Positions 46,457 through 56,220 of a stretch of DNA of 64,000 bases are shown here, piece after piece. The position numbers and the translations under genes were made by a program. The first letter of the stretch is position 1; every line of letters starts with the position of its first letter. The notes below the pieces were generated by a model that was given only the letters and a program-made list of their open reading frames with translations, was not told the origin of the DNA and made no database searches. Origin of the DNA: Acidobacteriota bacterium (GTDB taxonomy: Bacteria > Acidobacteriota > UBA890 > WLXD01); assembly GCA_963666055.2 (NCBI GenBank), contig CAXWPH010000010.1:64001-128000 (forward strand). Reading direction: 5' to 3'.

Positions 46457-47228
46457 CCACGACGCGGCAGAAGGCCGCCTCGCCTCCCCGGAACTTCCAC
46501 GGGAAACAGCCCAACGTCAGCCGGCGGTCATGTAGCTCCGGGTTGGCGATATCGGCGCCGAGGTTCTCGATGTGCATGCAGTTGGAGGGAAACAACTCAT
46601 TGTGCGTGAGCTGATAGTCGGACTCCGGGAACAGCTCTGCGACCCCTTCCGGACCACCGAACTTGTCCTCGCAGGCTTTCCGCACGCGGTCGCAATGATT
46701 GAACATCCCCTTGCCCAGGAAGCGCCCTATGGGGAGGTTCATGGGGTGATCGGTTGAGACTGCGTCGACGCCCCAAATATGGATCTTCTTGTCCAACAGC
46801 CAGGGAACGAGGTCGGGATGGGCGCCTGGATGCCGATGGATGTACTTCTCCTCGTCAGGCTCGGAACCGAACTGCGCGTGCTTCTCCCAGCCGGTATGCA
46901 GCAGCAGCATGTCCCCCTCACGCACCTCGACGTGCGACTCGATCATCTCGGGCGTGTAAACGGCGAACTCATCGAGCTCGTCGGCCAGGTTGACGATCAC
47001 TCCAGGCCCGTACAGCCAGTCCATCGGGATCTCGTCGATCGTCATGCCGCCGGTTACAAAGTGTCGCGGGGCGTCCAGGTGGGTCCCAATGTGGTTCGAC
47101 GTCTGAATGTACTGCGCGTTCACACCATGCTCGGCCTTACGCTTGATGTATTTGACCTCGAACGGTGGGTAGTAGGGCCAGAAGGAAACTTCCTGATTGA
47201 GCGGCTGCGAAAGGTCGTAGGGTTTCAT
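46437..47228 (-). CDS. Cyclase family (kynurenine formamidase-like) metal-dependent hydrolase
   Basis: HIGTHLDAPRHF (HxGTHxDxPxH), LLHTGW, GVDAVSTD, HIENL; ATG 47228 overlaps the NCS1 stop. Confidence 0.9.
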   Translation of the reverse strand: MKPYDLSQPLNQEVSFWPYYPPFEVKYIKRKAEHGVNAQYIQTSNHIGTHLDAPRHFVTGGMTIDEIPMDWLYGPGVIVNLADELDEFAVYTPEMIESHVEVREGDMLLLHTGWEKHAQFGSEPDEEKYIHRHPGAHPDLVPWLLDKKIHIWGVDAVSTDHPMNLPIGRFLGKGMFNHCDRVRKACEDKFGGPEGVAELFPESDYQLTHNELFPSNCMHIENLGADIANPELHDRRLTLGCFPWKFRGGEAAFCRVVAFTTAC

Positions 47229-48784
47229 CGTGTCTCCGGTTCCGTTATGTGGCGCGAGGATCGTAGCAGGAGCTTCTGGTGTTCGTCTGGCGACGATTCG
47301 ACCACCCGAGAGTCGGTTCGCGACCGCATCAGCACCCAGTAGACGACAACGCTCACCGACGCGGCCGAGAACCAGGCGCCATCGAAGAGAAATGACACCG
47401 CCGGGACCAGCTTGCCGAGCAGCGCCGTACCGATCCCGGCGGCCAGTGCCACCATGGCGCGGCCGTTGACCCCGTTGCCGTACGTGTACTCGCCATGCTC
47501 GGCGTAAAGATCCTCGACTCGAAGCCGCAGCCCGCGCAGCAAGTAGTCGCACGCGATCACGCCGCCCACTGCTCCCAACAGCCCGGAGTAGCTGATGAGC
47601 CATCCCTGATATCGGTCGAGCAGCTGCCACGGCATGCTGACGACTGCGAGGAGCCCAGCGATCAAGCCGCCGGTGCGGAAGCTGATCCGACGCGGTGCCA
47701 GTGCCGAGAAACTGTTGGCGGGGGCGACGACGTTGGCGGCGATGTTGGTGCTCAGCGTGGCGAGCATCAGCGCCCCCATCGCCAGCAAACCCAATAGCGG
47801 ACTCTGATACTCGTTCGTGAGCCGTGCCAGCAAGTCGACGGGGTTCCAGATTGCCTCGCCGTACAGAATCACCGTGGCGCTGGTCACCGCCACACCAATG
47901 AAGGCGAACAGCGGCATTGTGGTCAACAGCCCGATCGCCTGGCCCGAGATCTGATCGCGCTGGCTGCGCGCGTAGCGCGTGAAGTCGGGGATGTTCAACG
48001 ACAAGGTGGCCCAGTAGCCCACCATCGCGGTGAGCCACGGCATGAAGAAACCGAAAAACCAGCGCAACGGTGGCAGCGGCTCGGCATCGGATACCAGCGC
48101 GTCGGTACGCGCCAAGATTGCTCCGATGCCGCCGACCCGCGCTGCCGCCCAGTAAAGAAGAGCGAGGCCGACAACGATGAGGAACGGTGCGCTTACCGTT
48201 TCGAGCCAGCGAATCGACTCCGTCCCGGCGTAAACGAAGTACATGTTGAGCGCCCAGAAGAGCAGGAACGAGACATATTCGGGCGCGCCGTATCCCATGA
48301 ACGCGAAGCCGGCACCGAGCTTCGCCCAGCCGTCCCAGAGAATCGACAGGATGGCATTGACGGCGGTGCCGCCGATCCACGTCTGGATGCCAAACCAACC
48401 GCAGGCGACCACCGCGCGAAGCAAGGAGGGCACGTGCGCGCCCCGAATCCCGAACGCGGCGCGCGCGAAAGCCGGGAACGGGATTCCGTAGCGGGTGCCG
48501 GCGTGACCGTTGAGCGCCAGCGGCACCAGCACAATCGCGTTTCCGAGCACGATGGTGAGCAGCGCCAGGCGCCAACCCATACCGGCCTGCACCATGCTGG
48601 ATGCCAGCATGTAGGTGGGGATACAAACGCTCATTCCGACCCACAGCGCCGCCAGGTTCCAGCGGCTCCAGGTACGAGCGGACAGGGGGGTGGGGGCGAG
48701 ATCGGCGTTTAGCAGCTCGGAGGTGGGAAGCGGCGCCGCCAGCTCTACCGGCGGGTCGTCGAGTAGCGCGCCTAGCCAACTCAC
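47225..48784 (-). CDS. NCS1 nucleobase:cation symporter (cytosine/uracil/allantoin family)
   Basis: LWVGMSVCIPTY, GTRYGIPFP, ACGWFGIQTWIG, WATLSLNIPDFTRY, NIAANVVAP. Confidence 0.92.
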   Translation of the reverse strand: MSWLGALLDDPPVELAAPLPTSELLNADLAPTPLSARTWSRWNLAALWVGMSVCIPTYMLASSMVQAGMGWRLALLTIVLGNAIVLVPLALNGHAGTRYGIPFPAFARAAFGIRGAHVPSLLRAVVACGWFGIQTWIGGTAVNAILSILWDGWAKLGAGFAFMGYGAPEYVSFLLFWALNMYFVYAGTESIRWLETVSAPFLIVVGLALLYWAAARVGGIGAILARTDALVSDAEPLPPLRWFFGFFMPWLTAMVGYWATLSLNIPDFTRYARSQRDQISGQAIGLLTTMPLFAFIGVAVTSATVILYGEAIWNPVDLLARLTNEYQSPLLGLLAMGALMLATLSTNIAANVVAPANSFSALAPRRISFRTGGLIAGLLAVVSMPWQLLDRYQGWLISYSGLLGAVGGVIACDYLLRGLRLRVEDLYAEHGEYTYGNGVNGRAMVALAAGIGTALLGKLVPAVSFLFDGAWFSAASVSVVVYWVLMRSRTDSRVVESSPDEHQKLLLRSSRHITEPETR

Positions 48785-49671
48785 CCCGACGCGCCGGCCA
48801 GCGCCCGATCGCCGGCGCGGTGGACGACGCGCCGCACCAACACGCGTACCAGATGGCGCCGGAACTCGGCGCTGGCATGCAGATCGGCAGGCGGGTCGAT
48901 GTCGGCTTCCGCGGCGAGCTCCGCCGCCTCGATCACCAGCGCCTCGGACAATTCCTCGCCGATCAGCGCGCCAGCGGCGGCCTCGGCCAGAACCGGGCCC
49001 TCACCCACCGACAGCAGGCCGATCCGTGCGTCGGTACAGCGCCCATCGCCAGCCAGGGTCACAGCAGCGGCAACACCGACCAGTGCATAGTCACCATGCC
49101 GCCGGGCCATCTCGTCGAACGCCCAACCGGTCCGCGGCGTTGGGGCCGGCAGGATGACCTCCGTTAGCACTTCCCCGGGCTCCAGGGCGGTGGTCAACAG
49201 GCCGAAGAAGAAGTCGCCGACAGCGATGGTGCGCTCACCACCGTCGCGGCTACGAGCACAGAGCGTGGCGTCGAGTACCAACGCCACCGTCGGCAGCTCA
49301 CCGGCTGGATCGGCATGCGCAATGCTCCCACCGAAGGTGCCACGATTACGGATCTGCGGATGGGCAATGTGCGGCATGGTCTCGCGCAGCAACGGTGCGC
49401 GTTCGGCAACCAGCGCGTCGCGTTCCACCACCGCCTGTCGAGTCATCGCGCCAATGCGGAGCCCTCCGTCGTCGGTCGCCTCCACGTAGGCAAGCTCGGC
49501 GAGCCTGTTCAGATCCACCAGGATTGTCGGTTGTGCCAAGCGGAAATTCATCGCCGGGATCAGGCTCTGGCCACCCGCCAGGATCTTTGCCTCCCATGGA
49601 TCCTCGGCAAGGATGTCGAGCGCCTCCTCGAGCGTCTCGGGCGCGTGGTAGCGGAAGGGGGCAGGCTTCAT
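48781..49671 (-). CDS. Xanthine dehydrogenase family FAD subunit (CoxM-like)
   Basis: MKPAPFRY, AGGQSLIP, HPQIRNRGTFGGS, ADPAGE, RRHGDYA. Confidence 0.92.
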   Translation of the reverse strand: MKPAPFRYHAPETLEEALDILAEDPWEAKILAGGQSLIPAMNFRLAQPTILVDLNRLAELAYVEATDDGGLRIGAMTRQAVVERDALVAERAPLLRETMPHIAHPQIRNRGTFGGSIAHADPAGELPTVALVLDATLCARSRDGGERTIAVGDFFFGLLTTALEPGEVLTEVILPAPTPRTGWAFDEMARRHGDYALVGVAAAVTLAGDGRCTDARIGLLSVGEGPVLAEAAAGALIGEELSEALVIEAAELAAEADIDPPADLHASAEFRRHLVRVLVRRVVHRAGDRALAGASG

Positions 49672-49702
49672 CGCGATCCCCCTGCGGTGGCCCTCGCAGG
49701 CG

Positions 49703-52051
49703 TCACGACTCGCCACCGCGGGCGTCACGCACCAGCTCGAACAGTCGATTGGGGCTGAGCGGAATTTCGCGAATCTCCAACCCGTCGATTCCCAAGGCGT
49801 CCTCCACCGCTTGGGCGAACGCCGCCGCCGTCGGTATGCAGCCCGCCTCACCAGCCCCTTTCACGCCCAGCGGCGTGTCTGTGGCCGGTGTTTCAATGTG
49901 GTCGATGCGAACCCTGGGCACGTCGGTGGCAGTGGGCAGCAAGTAATCCATGAACGAGGCGTTCAGCAGCTGCCCGTTATCGTCGACCACCAAGTGCTCG
50001 TAGAAGGCATTGCCGATTCCCTGCGCCACGCCCCCCTGGATCTGACCGTCGAGAATCATCGGGTTGATGACACGCCCGCAGTCGTGGACCACGACGTAGT
50101 CGACGATATCGACGTCAAACGTCTCCGGATCGACCTCCACTCGCATGGCGTGGACACCGCTTGCGGTGGTCCCGCGGCTTGGCCCGAAGTAGGCGGTCGC
50201 CTCCAGCCCCGGCTCGGTGCCCGGCGCCACCGCGCCGCGTAACGGATTCGACGCCACCGCCAGATCGGCGAGTGTGATGCGGCGCTCCGGGTCGCCGTCG
50301 ACGCGAACTTCACTGCCACCGAGCAAGAGGTGCTCTTCGGGAGCCTCGAGCAGCTCACTGGCGAGCCGCAGGATCTTGGCGCGCACGAGCTCGGCCGCCG
50401 CATGGCAGGCGTTGCCGGCAACCACCGCTCCGCGACTGGCGAAGGTTCCGGTCCCCCAGTTGAACTCGCGTGTGTCGCCGGTAACCACACTGATGTCGGC
50501 CACGTCGACGCCGACCTGGTCGGCGACGATCTGTGCCAGCGAGGTGTAATGACCCTGCCCCTGCGTGCCGACGCCGGTTGCCACATGCACCTTCCCACTC
50601 GGCTCGACCGACACGCGAGCACCTTCGTAGGGGCCGATGCCGGTGCCCTCTACGTAGGAGACAACGCCGACCCCGACGCGCCGCCCCGACTGACGCGGCG
50701 GCGGGCGCTCGTCGCCTTCGAACTCTCGGTAGCCAATCAATTCGACGGCGCGATCGAGGGCCGGCTCATAGTTGCCGCTGTCGTAGGTCAGCGAAGAGAA
50801 GTCCTGGTAGACAAGGCCATGGTGGTGTGGGAAATCGTCTGGCCCCAGGTAGTTGAGTCGCCGGATCTCGACACGATCGATTCCGAGCTCACCGGCGGCG
50901 ATGTCGAGCAGGCGCTCCATCACGAACACACCGTGCTGCCGGCCGGCGCCGCGCACCGGCGTCACGATGGGGCGGTTGGTGAATACAACACGAAACTCGG
51001 AGTGGTAGTTGGGTACGTCGTAACAGCCCAGCAAGGTGCATTGGCTGTTTATGGGAATGGTCAGTCCGTAGGGATCGTAGGCACCGGTGTCGTGCAGGAA
51101 CTCGTCGCGAATGCCGAGGATGCGCCCGTCGGTGGCGAGCGCCATTTCCGCCTCGTGAATTTGCGCACGCTCCTGTGTGGTGGCGTAGAAGTTCTCGCTA
51201 CGATCCTCGATCCACTTCACCGGACGACCGAGCTGCATCGAGATCCAAGGGATCAGCACCTCCTCCGGGTAGAACATCATGATCTTCGGTCCGAACGCAC
51301 CACCGATGAACGGCGCCACCACGTCGACTTCACGCTCCGCCAACCCCAGCCATCGGGCGAGTCCGTTGCGCACCGGAATCGGCGCCTGTGTGGTATCCCA
51401 GATCATCATCTTGCGAGCCCGTGCGTCCCAGCTCGCCACCACGCCGCGGTTCTCGATGGCGGCAGCGGCCCCGCGGTCGTAGTCGAAGCGGCGGCGTATG
51501 ACCAGATCCGCAGACTCGCAGGCCGCCCCGTAGTCGCCCTTGGTCTGCACACAGTGGGCCGCGAGGTTCGACCCCAGGTCCTCGTGCACAATGGCCGGCT
51601 CACCGCGCAACGCCGCCTCGAGGTCGACGACTGCCGGTAGCGGGTCCAGTTCGATGGCGATGTCCATCAGCGCGTCTTCCGCCAGATAGCGGCTGTCTGC
51701 CACTACCAGGGCGATCGGCTCGCCCGCGTACAGCACCTTGTCGCGCACCAAAGGCACCTGGGTACGCTCGTGGAAGATCAGGCCGTCGATCGGCGGCGGC
51801 CCCACCAGCAGTGGGCCATGTTGCCAGTAGTCTCCCAGGTCGGCGGCAGCGTATGCCGCCACGACCCCCGGCCGACGACGAGCGCGTGACAAGTCCACGT
51901 TGTTGAGGCGGGCATGCGCGTAGTCGCTACGGACGAAGGCGACGTGCAGCAATCCCGGAAGGTCGATGTCGTCGATGAACTGCGCTGCGCCGGTAAGAAG
52001 GCTGGCATCCTCGTTGCGCGGCAGCCGCCGCCCGAAGAAACGGCCGCTCAC
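49703..52051 (-). CDS. Xanthine dehydrogenase family molybdopterin subunit (CoxL-like)
   Basis: GGAFGPK, PVRGAGR, QGQGH, GTFASR, GQIQGG, KGAGE; GTG start overlaps the CoxS stop. Confidence 0.92.
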   Translation of the reverse strand: MSGRFFGRRLPRNEDASLLTGAAQFIDDIDLPGLLHVAFVRSDYAHARLNNVDLSRARRRPGVVAAYAAADLGDYWQHGPLLVGPPPIDGLIFHERTQVPLVRDKVLYAGEPIALVVADSRYLAEDALMDIAIELDPLPAVVDLEAALRGEPAIVHEDLGSNLAAHCVQTKGDYGAACESADLVIRRRFDYDRGAAAAIENRGVVASWDARARKMMIWDTTQAPIPVRNGLARWLGLAEREVDVVAPFIGGAFGPKIMMFYPEEVLIPWISMQLGRPVKWIEDRSENFYATTQERAQIHEAEMALATDGRILGIRDEFLHDTGAYDPYGLTIPINSQCTLLGCYDVPNYHSEFRVVFTNRPIVTPVRGAGRQHGVFVMERLLDIAAGELGIDRVEIRRLNYLGPDDFPHHHGLVYQDFSSLTYDSGNYEPALDRAVELIGYREFEGDERPPPRQSGRRVGVGVVSYVEGTGIGPYEGARVSVEPSGKVHVATGVGTQGQGHYTSLAQIVADQVGVDVADISVVTGDTREFNWGTGTFASRGAVVAGNACHAAAELVRAKILRLASELLEAPEEHLLLGGSEVRVDGDPERRITLADLAVASNPLRGAVAPGTEPGLEATAYFGPSRGTTASGVHAMRVEVDPETFDVDIVDYVVVHDCGRVINPMILDGQIQGGVAQGIGNAFYEHLVVDDNGQLLNASFMDYLLPTATDVPRVRIDHIETPATDTPLGVKGAGEAGCIPTAAAFAQAVEDALGIDGLEIREIPLSPNRLFELVRDARGGES

Positions 52052-52569
52052 CCCTCGGACTCCCCATCGTCGGCGTGCATGCGGCGGGCCGCCAGCGCCA
52101 CCGCGTCGACGATGTGCTGGTAGCCGGTGCAACGGCAGAGGTTGCCCGACAGCGCCGCGCGGATGTCGTCTTCGGAAGGCTGCGCGTTGCGCTCGACGAA
52201 CGGCAACAAGGTCATCAGGAACCCTGGCGTACAGAACCCGCATTGCAGCGCGTGGGTTTCCCTGAACGCAACCTGCAGTGGATGCAGCTCCTCGGTGCCG
52301 GCGGGTGCGAGCGCTTCGACGGTGCTGATATCGAGACCATCGGCCTGCACCGCGAACATCAGGCAGGAACGTACTGGAGCCCCATCGACCAGCACGGTGC
52401 AAGCGCCACACACACCATGCTCACATCCAACGTGGGTGCCCGTAAGGCGCAGGTCAACGCGAATAAAGTCCGACAGCAACAACCGCGGCTCCACCACCCC
52501 GGTCACTTCGCAGCCATTTACCCGCAGCCGGACGTCCACTGTCTGGGGACTGGATCCTGCTTCGCTCAC
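52048..52569 (-). CDS. 2Fe-2S subunit (CoxS-like)
   Basis: GCEHGVCGACT, QCGFCTPG, GNLCRCTGY. Confidence 0.93.
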   Translation of the reverse strand: MSEAGSSPQTVDVRLRVNGCEVTGVVEPRLLLSDFIRVDLRLTGTHVGCEHGVCGACTVLVDGAPVRSCLMFAVQADGLDISTVEALAPAGTEELHPLQVAFRETHALQCGFCTPGFLMTLLPFVERNAQPSEDDIRAALSGNLCRCTGYQHIVDAVALAARRMHADDGESEG

Positions 52570-52630
52570 GGCCGGTAACTATACAGACGGCCGGCGCCCG
52601 GCCGCGACCGCTTCCCCGGTCGTGTTCGGC

Positions 52631-54445
52631 CTACGTTGCCGCGTCGAGAACCGACTCTCCGCTGCTCTTGAGAAGGATCGAAACGGTCGTTCCCTCGCCT
52701 GGAGTGCTCTGCAGGTCGATGTGGCCTCCATGCGCCTGGACGATGTCGTGGCAAATGGAGAGCCCGAGACCGGTTCCTTGGTCACCCGGCTTGGTTGTGA
52801 AGAACGGTTCGAAGACGCGGTCTCGTAATTGCTGGTCCATGCCACAACCGGTATCTGAGACGGAGATCTTCACATAGCGGCCCGGCACCAAGCCCTCGAC
52901 CGACCTGTCGTATTCCTCCACCAGCAGGTTGCTCGTCTCGATCGTTAACACCCCGCCACCGGGCATGGCATCCCGAGCATTGATGGCGAGGTTCATAATG
53001 ACCTGTTCGATTTGGGACGCGTCGGCCCAGACGTTGTCGACGACCGGGGCGATGCGGAACTCTGGCTTGATCCCGTGACCCATCAGCCGGTCCAGCAATC
53101 GTGAGATGTTCGCAGTCAGATCGTTGAGTGCGAGATCACTGAGCTCGGGTGGTTCGTGTCGGCTGAACACTAGGAGCTGTTTCGCTAAACCAGTGGCCCG
53201 TGCGGTGGCTTCAAGCACCTGGTGCAGATCATCAGCGACCTCTGAACGTTTCGGCGTCTGGTCGAGCGCGAGCTCGGTAAAGGCCCTTACTGGGACCAGT
53301 AGGTTGTTGAACTCGTGCGCGATCCCAGCAGCGAGCTTCCCGACCACCTCGAGCTTCTGGGAACGACGCAGCTGCTTCTCGCGCCGTGCCAAGTCTCTGA
53401 CGGCTCTATCTCGCTGCCCACTGGAGTATCGCTGCTGTACGAAGGCGAGGGCTCCCAGAACCACGAGTGTCGTCGCAGCGCACGCGGCACGAGTCCGACT
53501 GGCCTCGTAGTTCTGGAAACCTATTGCCACGAGCCCAAGATGGAGAGCAGGAAGAGTCACGGCGAAGGCTAGCAAACGACCCGTACCCCACAGTTGTTCC
53601 TGGGGCTGCGGGATCGGCGCCACTTCCATCCGTTGTGCTGTAGCGGGCGCACTCACGACACCGACGCACGCCGCCACGATGACGAGCGCGTAGGGCAGCA
53701 GCCAGAGAGTGTCCCACAAGCTAACTGCATCTACGGCCGAGATCGCCTTGGCTTCGATCGCCCCCTCGATAACGTCCAACACAGACCAAGCCGCGACGTT
53801 GAGCGCCAAGAGACCGTAGACCCATCGCCAGTAAGACGCAGCATCTGTAGCGTGCCAGAGGGCCAGTAGGGTTCCGAGCAGGAGCAAGTTAAAAACCCCG
53901 AACATGAGGAACGGGGTGATCGACTCGAGATGTTGACTGCGGTCCTCGCTAGCAGGGATGAACACGAAATAGATCAGCAGACCGAACGCGAAAAGCAGAG
54001 TACCGAGAACCTCGATCCACCGTCCGGCGCTACTGGTCGTGGCGGCCTGCGCCAGATGCGGTCGGAAGGAGACGGCTACAAGCAGCCCCGCGTAGTAGCA
54101 AAGATACAGACCATCGGCCGCTAGTAGGCTGGACCCGGTGTCCTCCGGTACCGCCAGATACAGCACCCGAACCCCCAGCCAGGCAATGTAGGCGGCTGCG
54201 ATGGCAAGCCAGAACCTCCGGTGGGCTTGCTGGCGGCAGGCTCCCATGCCATGCAGGAGTGCGACAAGGGTGACAATGATGAGCAGCAGGTGCGTGTAGT
54301 TGTTGGCGAACTCGAGCAGCCACTCGGAATCGATTGCCGGCAGAAGAAACGGCAGCATCACGACAGCGTAGACGAGCCCCGAGACACGGACTACGCGATC
54401 GGCTAGCAGGTTATGCAGCATGCCGGCCTTCTCGTGCTGCGCCAC
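52631..54445 (-). CDS. Membrane sensor histidine kinase
   Basis: About 9 TM segments; AGIAHEFNN, NLAINARDAM, DTGCGM, FEPFFTTK, GTGLGL; no receiver domain. Confidence 0.88.
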   Translation of the reverse strand: MAQHEKAGMLHNLLADRVVRVSGLVYAVVMLPFLLPAIDSEWLLEFANNYTHLLLIIVTLVALLHGMGACRQQAHRRFWLAIAAAYIAWLGVRVLYLAVPEDTGSSLLAADGLYLCYYAGLLVAVSFRPHLAQAATTSSAGRWIEVLGTLLFAFGLLIYFVFIPASEDRSQHLESITPFLMFGVFNLLLLGTLLALWHATDAASYWRWVYGLLALNVAAWSVLDVIEGAIEAKAISAVDAVSLWDTLWLLPYALVIVAACVGVVSAPATAQRMEVAPIPQPQEQLWGTGRLLAFAVTLPALHLGLVAIGFQNYEASRTRAACAATTLVVLGALAFVQQRYSSGQRDRAVRDLARREKQLRRSQKLEVVGKLAAGIAHEFNNLLVPVRAFTELALDQTPKRSEVADDLHQVLEATARATGLAKQLLVFSRHEPPELSDLALNDLTANISRLLDRLMGHGIKPEFRIAPVVDNVWADASQIEQVIMNLAINARDAMPGGGVLTIETSNLLVEEYDRSVEGLVPGRYVKISVSDTGCGMDQQLRDRVFEPFFTTKPGDQGTGLGLSICHDIVQAHGGHIDLQSTPGEGTTVSILLKSSGESVLDAAT

Positions 54446-54595
54446 GGTCGTTACCCCGCCCCGCTCTTGGAGTTCTACCCCACTGTGCGCCTTCTTCCGT
54501 CTTCCTCGCCCACTATCTCTATGTAGTAATCCCTTACGTCACGTTCTTACGAGGGGTTGCATCACCGCAGGGCTGCCCGTCCTCGGAATGCACAG

Positions 54596-55750
54596 CTAGG
54601 CGCCCAGATGCGCGGCGCGCTTGAGCAGCAACCGCTCGCCAAGCGGGGCAGAAACCAGGATCCGCACGATGCGCTCCGCAGCCTGGCCGTCGCCGTAGGG
54701 ATTCTCCATTCCGTCGAGCGAAGCTCTGAGCTCCGGCTGCAGCGCCCGCTCGATGGCAGCACCAATGGAGTCGGCCGCGGCCTCCACATCGATGACGTTG
54801 GCGGCGCGCTGACGCCCCTGCTGGCGGATGCCGACGTTGACTACCGGTATACCTAGCGATGCCGCCTCCATGATGCCGCTCGAGGAGTTGCCGACCAGCA
54901 CCGCGGCGTGGCCTAGCAGCCCCCAGTAGACCGTGGAGCCCAGGTTGACGTGCAGGCGCGCATCGGCACGCGCGGCGCAGAAGCGTTCGGCCCGAGCAAT
55001 AAGCTCACGGCTGCCGGCGTCGCTGTTCGGAAACAAGAAGACGATGGGAAGTTCCACCGCGTCGAGCGCCACGAACAACTCGTCGGCCTCGCGGACGGTG
55101 TCGCGCGCCAACGTAACGGGATGGTACGCGGCCAGGACCGGCGACGGAACCAGCGACATGCCGAGCTCGGCCTCAAGCTCCCGGCGCGATGGGAGCTGAC
55201 TTCGGCGGAGGTGGTCGAGCGATGGCGCGCCCACCTGATGAACCCTCCATTCCTCCTCGCCCATCGTCAGCACCCGTCGACGGGCCAGGGCGGTCGGTGT
55301 CAGGTGAATATGGCTCATCATGGTCAGCGCATTGCGCACTGCATGATCGATCGCCCCCTCGCTGACCTCGCCCCCCTCGATGTGCGCGATGGGAATGCGT
55401 AGCGCTAGCGCCGCCGCCGCCGGCGCAAGCATCTCGTAGCGGTCGGCGACCAGCAGCAGCAGGTCCGGGCGCATCCGCCCGAGGACGTCGGCGAGGCCGA
55501 GTATCGCCACGCCGATGGTCTTCGCCATGCCGACGTCGGTATCGGAGCTCAGCAGGCACTCTATCCGTTCGTCGACGATGAGACCATCGGCCTCGATCTC
55601 GGCGACCGTCGTTCCAAACTCGGGGGAAAAATGCGGCCCGAGCGCGATCAGCCGCCGGTCGATCTCCGGGTGTGCGTCGAGCTCACGCAGGACCCAGTAG
55701 AGATGGCTGTAGTCGGCCCGCGACGTGGTGACGACAGCGATGCAACGCAT
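54596..55750 (-). CDS. neuC: UDP-N-acetylglucosamine 2-epimerase (hydrolysing)
   Basis: VTTSRADY, ADRYE, AHIEGGE, YHPVT, GNSSSGIMEA, NVGIRQQGR, NPYGDG. Confidence 0.88.
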   Translation of the reverse strand: MRCIAVVTTSRADYSHLYWVLRELDAHPEIDRRLIALGPHFSPEFGTTVAEIEADGLIVDERIECLLSSDTDVGMAKTIGVAILGLADVLGRMRPDLLLLVADRYEMLAPAAAALALRIPIAHIEGGEVSEGAIDHAVRNALTMMSHIHLTPTALARRRVLTMGEEEWRVHQVGAPSLDHLRRSQLPSRRELEAELGMSLVPSPVLAAYHPVTLARDTVREADELFVALDAVELPIVFLFPNSDAGSRELIARAERFCAARADARLHVNLGSTVYWGLLGHAAVLVGNSSSGIMEAASLGIPVVNVGIRQQGRQRAANVIDVEAAADSIGAAIERALQPELRASLDGMENPYGDGQAAERIVRILVSAPLGERLLLKRAAHLGA

Positions 55751-55811
55751 GTACCGATGGTATAGGCCGAGCCGGCGCAGACGAATCAGGCAGAACACCC
55801 GTGATAGATAG

Positions 55812-55845
55812 TCTACAATGTGAACTGTAAATTCGACAATGTCGA
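55812..55845. promoter_or_regulatory. Putative PadR operators
   Basis: Perfect palindrome TCGACA-A-TGTCGA (55833-55845) and degenerate TCTACA-A-TGTGAA (55812-55824), 21 bp apart. Confidence 0.6.
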
Positions 55846-55890
55846 CTCGTCGGCAGAATTCAAGAACTCTGCGCTAATCGAGATTGACTG

Positions 55891-56220
55891 TTGGGAAAGA
55901 GCTATCTCGGCGAATTCGAACAGATGCTCCTGCTCGCAATCCTCCGCGGGGGTGACGACGCCTACGCTCTCGAGATCCGGCGCGAGCTACAAGAGCACGC
56001 CGGCCGACGTGTCAGTCGCGGAGCTTTCTACACCACGCTCGACCGTATGCAGGCCAAGGGCTACCTGAGGTGGACGACCCGTCCGATCAGCAACGCTCGT
56101 GGCGGCCGCCCGCAACGACACTTCCAGGTCACCGAGGAAGGGCTCGAGCAGCTGCGGCGCGCCCACCGGGCGCTGACCAGTCTGTGGGATGGCCTCGACC
56201 AGTACTTGGCACAATCATGA
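55891..56220 (+). CDS. PadR family regulator (acidobacterial type)
   Basis: LGEFEQMLLLAI, GAFYTTLDRM, RGGRPQRHFQVT. Confidence 0.9.
   Translation: MGKSYLGEFEQMLLLAILRGGDDAYALEIRRELQEHAGRRVSRGAFYTTLDRMQAKGYLRWTTRPISNARGGRPQRHFQVTEEGLEQLRRAHRALTSLWDGLDQYLAQS

Noticed and set aside
46437-48878. 813-aa ORF in the track
   Set aside because: Only the last 263 aa (from ATG 47228) are the cyclase; the rest is an off-frame shadow of the NCS1 gene.
49703-52051. Aerobic CO dehydrogenase form I
   Set aside because: Lacks AYxCSFR (has PVRGAGR); S-L-M order and nucleobase permease context point to another substrate.
54403-54420. CTAGCAGGTT as another element end in the kinase 5' region
   Set aside because: Only 8 bp match the TIR and there is no partner end.
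55853-55872. AAGAACTCTGC match to the second micro-element family
   Set aside because: Only 11 bp and no YTAR duplication; more likely a local hairpin or chance.
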